Below the pieces are notes generated by a model. It made no database searches. It was not told the origin of the DNA and saw nothing but the letters and a program-made list of their open reading frames with translations. A stretch of 62,519 nucleotides of DNA, counting the filler. It is 4 parts of 4 records of this genome, joined end to end, with 100 filler letters (N's around TTAATTAATTAA, not from the genome) between each part and the next. Parts side by side here need not be neighbours in the genome. Positions count along the whole stretch, not along the records: positions 55,246 to 62,519 come from DRR723986_5159; 3 more parts are not named here. The stretch is one strand, 5' to 3'. Below, one piece after another: positions 57,480 through 62,519 of this stretch (positions within the stretch are counted from its first letter, which is position 1; the number at the start of each line of letters is the position of its first letter). Position numbers and translations under genes: made by a program.

Positions 57480-58820
57480 TCAGGTTCCTGCTTTCGCAGC
57501 CGCGCCCGCAACGGCCTGGGCAGCTCCGGCCGGCATCTTGACGCCGGGAATCTGGCCAAGCGGCATGATGCGCAGCCGCGTGATGCGGTTCTTCTCCCGC
57601 CGCAGCACCGTGAAGCGGAAACCGTGGAAGGTGAAGATCTGGCGTTCGTCCGGGATCATCCGCGCTTCGTGAATGACCAGACCGGCGATCGTGGTCGCCT
57701 CGTCGTCCGGCAGGCTCCAGTCGGCAGCGCGGTTGAGGTCGCGAATCGGCACCGAGCCGTCGACAATCACCGAGCCATCGGCTTGCGGCCGCAGGCCTTC
57801 CAGCTCGACGTCGTGCTCATCGGCGATCTCGCCGACGATTTCTTCCAGAATGTCTTCCAGCGTGACCAGGCCCATCACCTCGCCATACTCGTCAACCACG
57901 AGCGCGAAATGGGACTTGTGCCGCAGGAATGCATTGAGCTGATCCTGAAGCGAGGTCGTGTCGGGAACGAACCAGGCCGGGGCAGCGATATCCAGAACGT
58001 TGATCTTCGCAGCATCGCCACCGGCAGCCTGCAACGCACGCAGCAGATCCTTGGCATGCAGCACGCCGACGAAATTGTCGCTCTCCCCGCGCCAGAGCGG
58101 CAGGCGGGTATAGGGCGATGCCAGGGCCGCGTTCACCAGCTTGTCCGGCGCATCGTCCGCATTCAGCGCCACCATGTTGGTGCGGTGGACCATCACGTCC
58201 GAGACTTCCAGTTCCGCCAGGTCGAGCAAACCGCCGAGGCGGTCGCGCTCACCCTTTTCCAGGCCACCTTCGATATGCTGCAGATCGACGGCGCCGCGCA
58301 GTTCCTCGTGCGGCGACAGGATCGAGGTGTCGTCGCCAATATTGACGCCAACCAGCTTCAGAATGTTGCGGACAATCCACTCCACCCCGACCACGATCGG
58401 GCCGAACACGGCCACCACGAATCGCACGATCGGCGCCACCGCCAGCGCAAACCGCTCCGGGTTCGAAATGGCCCAGGTCTTCGGCAGCACTTCGGCAAAT
58501 ACCAGAACGAGGGCGGTCATCACCAGGGTGGCAAGCGCAACGCCAGCGTCGCCGAACAGGGACAGGAACACACTGGTTGCCAGCGCAGACGCCAGAATGT
58601 TGACCAGGTTGTTGCCCAGGAGCAGCGCGCCGATCAGACGTTCCCGGTTGGCGATCAGCAGGCTGACCACCCGGGCGCGCCAGTCGCCGGTTTTTTCCAT
58701 CTGGTGCATGCGCGCGCGCGATGCGGCGGTGAGCGCCGTTTCCGAACCGGAAAAGAAGCCGGACAGGAACAGGAGAACGAAGATGGCGACAATCGCCAGC
58801 CAGAGAGCCGTTTCCGTCAT
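57480..58820 (-). CDS. HlyC/CorC (CNNM/DUF21-CBS-CorC) transporter
   Basis: FFSGSETA, LLGNNLVN, AEVLPK and VVDEYG...GLVTLEDILEEIVGEI motifs. Confidence 0.93.
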   Translation of the reverse strand: MTETALWLAIVAIFVLLFLSGFFSGSETALTAASRARMHQMEKTGDWRARVVSLLIANRERLIGALLLGNNLVNILASALATSVFLSLFGDAGVALATLVMTALVLVFAEVLPKTWAISNPERFALAVAPIVRFVVAVFGPIVVGVEWIVRNILKLVGVNIGDDTSILSPHEELRGAVDLQHIEGGLEKGERDRLGGLLDLAELEVSDVMVHRTNMVALNADDAPDKLVNAALASPYTRLPLWRGESDNFVGVLHAKDLLRALQAAGGDAAKINVLDIAAPAWFVPDTTSLQDQLNAFLRHKSHFALVVDEYGEVMGLVTLEDILEEIVGEIADEHDVELEGLRPQADGSVIVDGSVPIRDLNRAADWSLPDDEATTIAGLVIHEARMIPDERQIFTFHGFRFTVLRREKNRITRLRIMPLGQIPGVKMPAGAAQAVAGAAAKAGT

Positions 58821-59965
58821 GCCTCGAGTTTCTCCTTCAGGAAGTCAGACACCACTGCGGGATCGACGCCTTTTTCGACAAAGGCTTCGCCGATACCGCG
58901 CGTCAGAATGAAGGTCAGCGCCCCCCGGCTGACCTTCTTGTCCTGTGCAATGATATCCATAAGCGTTTCAGCCGGCGGCAGCTGACCGGGGATGTCCTGC
59001 ACCCGCACAGGCAGGCCGACATCGCTCAGATGCTTGTGGACACGTTCGACGGTGTCCTCGCCGATCAGGCCGAGGCGCTGAGAGAATTCATGTGCCAGCA
59101 TCATGCCGATGGAAACGCCTTCGCCATGGACCAGGCGCTCGGTCTCGTAGGCGACAGCCGATTCAAGCGCGTGGCCGAACGTGTGACCCAGATTGAGGAG
59201 CGCCCTGCGGCCGGATTCCAGCTCGTCGGCAGCAACCACATCCGCCTTTGCCTGACAGGACCTTGCGACGGCCTCGTCCCGCTCCGCGCCACCTGCAAAA
59301 ACCGCCTGCCAGTTGGTCTCCAGCCAGGTGAAGAAATCCGCATCACCCAGGAGCCCGTATTTGGCGACTTCCGCATAACCGGCGCGGAAGTCGCGCAGCG
59401 GCAACGTATCCAGAATGGCGGTATCGGCCAGCACCAGGGCGGGCTGGTGGAATGCGCCGATCAGGTTCTTGCCATGACGTGAATTGATGCCGGTCTTGCC
59501 GCCGACGGAACTGTCGACCTGGGCAAGAAGCGTGGTCGGCACCTGAATGAAGGCCATGCCACGGCGCACGGCCGAGGCGACAAAGCCCGTCAGGTCACCG
59601 ACGACACCACCGCCAAGGGCGACGACCGCATCGCCGCGCTCCAGCCGTGCTGCCAGAACCTCGTCGCACAGGCGCTCGAATTCACGGAAGCATTTGGTGC
59701 TTTCGCCTGCCGGCACCGTGATGGTGGTGTGCTCCAGACCGGCGGCCTTGAGGCTCTGCGAAAAAGCCTTCAGATGAAGGCCCGCAACGGTTTCATCGGC
59801 AACGACCGCAAGACGCGCACCGGGCATAACGGCCGCGATTTCCGCTCCCGCTCCTTCAAGCAACCCCCGACCGATCTTGATGTCGTAACTGCGCGCACCA
59901 AGATCGACCCGGACGATCTTCTCGTCCCGGCCCAACAATGCTTTTGCCACTACCGTGTCTACCAT
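58817..59965 (-). CDS. aroB: 3-dehydroquinate synthase
   Basis: GGGVVGDL, PTTLLAQVDSSVGGKT, LNLGHTFGHA and HGE motifs. Confidence 0.96.
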   Translation of the reverse strand: MVDTVVAKALLGRDEKIVRVDLGARSYDIKIGRGLLEGAGAEIAAVMPGARLAVVADETVAGLHLKAFSQSLKAAGLEHTTITVPAGESTKCFREFERLCDEVLAARLERGDAVVALGGGVVGDLTGFVASAVRRGMAFIQVPTTLLAQVDSSVGGKTGINSRHGKNLIGAFHQPALVLADTAILDTLPLRDFRAGYAEVAKYGLLGDADFFTWLETNWQAVFAGGAERDEAVARSCQAKADVVAADELESGRRALLNLGHTFGHALESAVAYETERLVHGEGVSIGMMLAHEFSQRLGLIGEDTVERVHKHLSDVGLPVRVQDIPGQLPPAETLMDIIAQDKKVSRGALTFILTRGIGEAFVEKGVDPAVVSDFLKEKLEA

Positions 59966-59983
59966 GCCGTCACGCTTCTAAAT

Positions 59984-60631
59984 TCAGGTCATTGATGTTT
60001 GCGCGGCGCTGGTGGCCTCGCGTTCGAACAGGTGATCCGCCAGGGTGGCGACGATCTGATCGACCACCGCCTCATGCGGAACGTCCTTGGAGGTGACCGT
60101 CAGGGCCGCCTTGGCATAGACCGGCTCGCGGTCAGCCATCAGCTTGCGCATCGTTCCCTCGGGATCGGGGTTCTGCAGCAGCGGACGCGTGGACCTGCGC
60201 CGAACCCGTGCCATCACCGTGTCGAAATCGACTTTCAACCAGATGGACAGTCCAAGCTCGGCGATTTCCGCCCGCGTTGCCTCGCTCATGAAAGCGCCGC
60301 CGCCCGTTGCCAGCACTTGCGGTCCTTCACGCAGAAGACGGGCGATCACCCGTTCTTCACCGCTGCGAAAATAAGGCTCGCCGTGTTCGGCGAAAATTTC
60401 CGCCACGCTCATGTTGGCCGCGCGCTCGATTTCGGTATCGGCGTCGACAAATTCAAGGCCCAGCCGGTGCGCCAGCCGCTTGCCGACGGTCGACTTGCCA
60501 CAGCCCATGATTCCCACCAGAACGATGGACCGATGCCCCAGGGCAGCTACCAGGCGGGCCAGATCAACGGGTTTTACGTCTGTCTCCGCGGATCCTCCTT
60601 CGGAAGACCGCGCCTTGTCGTGTTCTGTCAT
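59984..60631 (-). CDS. aroK: Shikimate kinase
   Basis: VGIMGCGKST, GEPYFR, ATGGG and RPLL motifs. Confidence 0.95.
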   Translation of the reverse strand: MTEHDKARSSEGGSAETDVKPVDLARLVAALGHRSIVLVGIMGCGKSTVGKRLAHRLGLEFVDADTEIERAANMSVAEIFAEHGEPYFRSGEERVIARLLREGPQVLATGGGAFMSEATRAEIAELGLSIWLKVDFDTVMARVRRRSTRPLLQNPDPEGTMRKLMADREPVYAKAALTVTSKDVPHEAVVDQIVATLADHLFEREATSAAQTSMT

Positions 60632-60788
60632 GGCGGCGTTTTAGCATATTCGTCAAAAAAGACACGGGGGAACTCCGCCTGCCGGACTGCTGCTTTGCCT
60701 TGCATGCGCCCCCGCCTTGTTGAAACAATCGACTATCCGATTCGCTTGCCCGTGAGCGGACCGACGCCCTGACCTGGAGACAGCCGAA

Positions 60789-60932
60789 GTGCCGACCCTG
60801 ACCCGCCTGTTGCTCGTGCTGCTGCTGCTTGGCGCGCTCGGTTATGGCGCGATCTACTCCCTGGCCAACCTTGTCGATCCGCGTGAACGGGAAATCGAGG
60901 TTAGGGTGAAGAAAGACGGCTTCGGCCGCTAG
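60789..60932 (+). CDS. Small single-TM protein (47 aa)
   Basis: GGAGA RBS plus [50 protein letters not shown]. Below the ORF-track cutoff. Confidence 0.75.
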   Translation: MPTLTRLLLVLLLLGALGYGAIYSLANLVDPREREIEVRVKKDGFGR

Positions 60933-60997
60933 CACACCCTTTCAAATGGCGGGTCATCAACGGGACAAGTTTCAGGTCCTTTGCGAAGGCATACGCA

Positions 60998-61921
60998 ATG
61001 GCAACCGGTTTCGATCTTGAAAACTTCCTCGAAATGCTGGCCGCCGAACGCGGCGCGGCAGAAAACACGCTGGCCGGATACCGCCGCGACCTGGAGGATT
61101 TTTCAGGCTTCCTAGGCCGAAAGACCCTTGCATCAGCACAATCCGACGACATTTCGGCCTACCTGGGCGATCTCAACCGGCGCGGATTTGCCGAAACCTC
61201 GCAGGCAAGACGCCTGTCCGCGCTGAAGCAGTTCTACAAGTTCCTTTACGCGGAAGGCTCCCGGGAAGACGACCCGACCCGCACACTGTCCGCCCCGAAA
61301 AAGCGCGCGAGCCTGCCCAAGGTGCTGTCGATGGAAGACGTCGACAGATTGATCGAAACCGCCAGGGCGGAAACCGAAAAGCCCCAGAAAAGCGCGGCGG
61401 CACGCTTGCGTACGCAGCGCATGTACACACTTATCGAAGTGCTTTATGCGACCGGCCTGCGCGTTTCGGAACTGGTTGCCCTACCGGTTACCGCTGCGCT
61501 CCGGGACGCCCGCCTGATCGAAATCAGGGGCAAGGGCGGCAAGGAGCGGCTGGTGCCGCTGTCCCGCGCTGCCCAGGCTGCCATGAAGGACTACGTCGGT
61601 CTGCGTGCCGCCGAAGGGGCGTACGAAAAAAGCCCGTGGCTGTTTCCCTCCCACGGCGACAGCGGACATCTGACGCGCCAGCATTTTGCACGAGACCTGA
61701 AGGACCTTGCCGTCGCCGCCGGTCTCGATGCCGGCAAGATTTCCCCGCACGTGCTGCGCCACGCATTCGCTTCCCACCTGTTGCAGAACGGTGCCGACCT
61801 CAGAGTGGTGCAGCAGTTGCTGGGTCATGCGGACATTTCCACGACGCAGATCTACACCCACGTCCTGGACGAGCGCCTGCGCGAACTGGTGGAAAGCGCC
61901 CATCCCCTTGCGAAGAAGTAA
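60998..61921 (+). CDS. xerD: Tyrosine recombinase XerD
   Basis: [38 protein letters not shown] and [15 protein letters not shown] motifs; next to aroK. Confidence 0.92.
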   Translation: MATGFDLENFLEMLAAERGAAENTLAGYRRDLEDFSGFLGRKTLASAQSDDISAYLGDLNRRGFAETSQARRLSALKQFYKFLYAEGSREDDPTRTLSAPKKRASLPKVLSMEDVDRLIETARAETEKPQKSAAARLRTQRMYTLIEVLYATGLRVSELVALPVTAALRDARLIEIRGKGGKERLVPLSRAAQAAMKDYVGLRAAEGAYEKSPWLFPSHGDSGHLTRQHFARDLKDLAVAAGLDAGKISPHVLRHAFASHLLQNGADLRVVQQLLGHADISTTQIYTHVLDERLRELVESAHPLAKK

Positions 61922-61959
61922 TTCTTTCCGCAGCCACAACCTCGCGAAACACAAAAATA

Positions 61960-61983
61960 CCAGCCTTCCTGGCGGAAGGCTGG
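61960..61983 (-). terminator. Terminator between convergent xerD and MCP
   Basis: CCAGCCTTCC-TGGC-GGAAGGCTGG, followed by TATTTTT on the minus strand. Confidence 0.7.
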
Positions 61984-62008
61984 CCTTGTTCGTCGTGATG
62001 TCGCGCGG

Positions 62009-62519
62009 TCAGGCCGCACGAACACCGGAAAGGAAGTTGGAGATCTCGCTGCGGATAAGGGCTGCCTGTTCGGACAGCGACGTTGCCAGCTGCTCGACCT
62101 CGCCGCCGGTTGCCCGGGCGTGTTCGGTGGCAGAACCGACCGCGGTCATGCATTCGGCCCCTTCATGCGAGCGGGTCGAAGCATCGACCACGTTCTTGGC
62201 GATGGACTGAACCGCGGCATCCTGCTGGATGACGGCCGATGCCACGGCCGAGGCCAGGCCTTCCATTTCGGAGATGATACCGGTCACCTCGTCGATCGCT
62301 TCAAGCGCATGGCTGGACGACATCTGGATTGCTTCCACCTGGCTGGCGATATCTTCCGTAGCACGCGAGGTCTGGTCCGCAAGCTGCTTCACTTCGGCGG
62401 CCACGACCGCAAAGCCCTTGCCGGCCTCGCCTGCCCGGGCAGCCTCGATGGTGGCGTTGAGCGCCAGGAGGTTGGTCTGATTGGCGATATCGCGGATCAG
62501 CCCCATGACTTCGCCGATC
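62009..62519 (-). CDS. Methyl-accepting chemotaxis protein, C-terminal part (partial)
   Basis: [34 protein letters not shown] signalling hairpin. Confidence 0.95.
   Translation of the reverse strand, partial: IGEVMGLIRDIANQTNLLALNATIEAARAGEAGKGFAVVAAEVKQLADQTSRATEDIASQVEAIQMSSSHALEAIDEVTGIISEMEGLASAVASAVIQQDAAVQSIAKNVVDASTRSHEGAECMTAVGSATEHARATGGEVEQLATSLSEQAALIRSEISNFLSGVRAA

Noticed and set aside
32340..59482. Long alternative-frame ORFs (e.g. 32340-34061, 40995-42431, 44540-46087, 49310-50635, 53552-54823, 57624-58985)
   Set aside because: Antisense shadows of well-supported genes in GC-rich DNA, with no recognisable motifs.
60998..61921. Tyrosine recombinase as a prophage or island integrase
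   Set aside because: XerD-type sequence among core genes, with no cargo or att-like repeats seen.

Overview
The window is not one locus. It is four contigs joined by artificial 100-bp spacers (44 N + TTAATTAATTAA + 44 N) at 30892-30991, 46121-46220 and 55146-55245, and they come from at least three organisms. Contig A (1-30891) is from an FCB-group bacterium (Bacteroidota/Ignavibacteria/Kapabacteria-like), judged from TAnnTTTG promoters, a T9SS-type C-terminal domain and Gln+1 signal peptides. It carries mostly housekeeping genes (rnhC, cutA, miaE, yqgE/algH, agmatinase, folB/folK, queF/queD, gltX, smc, coaE, polA). It also has a dense DnaA-box cluster (probable oriC) with no dnaA nearby, an ECF sigma plus putative anti-sigma ending in a T9SS-like domain, two long hairpin-rich intergenic regions without credible ORFs, and a dGTPase plus small-ORF insert. 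The first intergenic region begins at a sigma54-like promoter and is the best candidate for an undescribed RNA system. Contig B (30992-46120) is Rhodobacteraceae: ettA, a C69-like Ntn hydrolase, MarR-GNAT, a cobalt nitrile hydratase cluster split by a TetR cassette, nadD, dacB, terB-like, the DMSP lyase dddW with its divergent LysR regulator, and class I lysS. Contig C (46221-55145) is Rhodobacteraceae: ftsZ-lpxC-bamD-recN-ClC, DUF427, aminopeptidase P and cobT. Contig D (55246-62519) is Hyphomicrobiales/Roseibium-like: cobS, J-domain protein, bolA, corC-like, aroB, aroK, xerD and an MCP. I found no rRNA, tRNA, CRISPR array or transposase. All calls come from motif reading and recall of protein families; no searches or folding programs were run.
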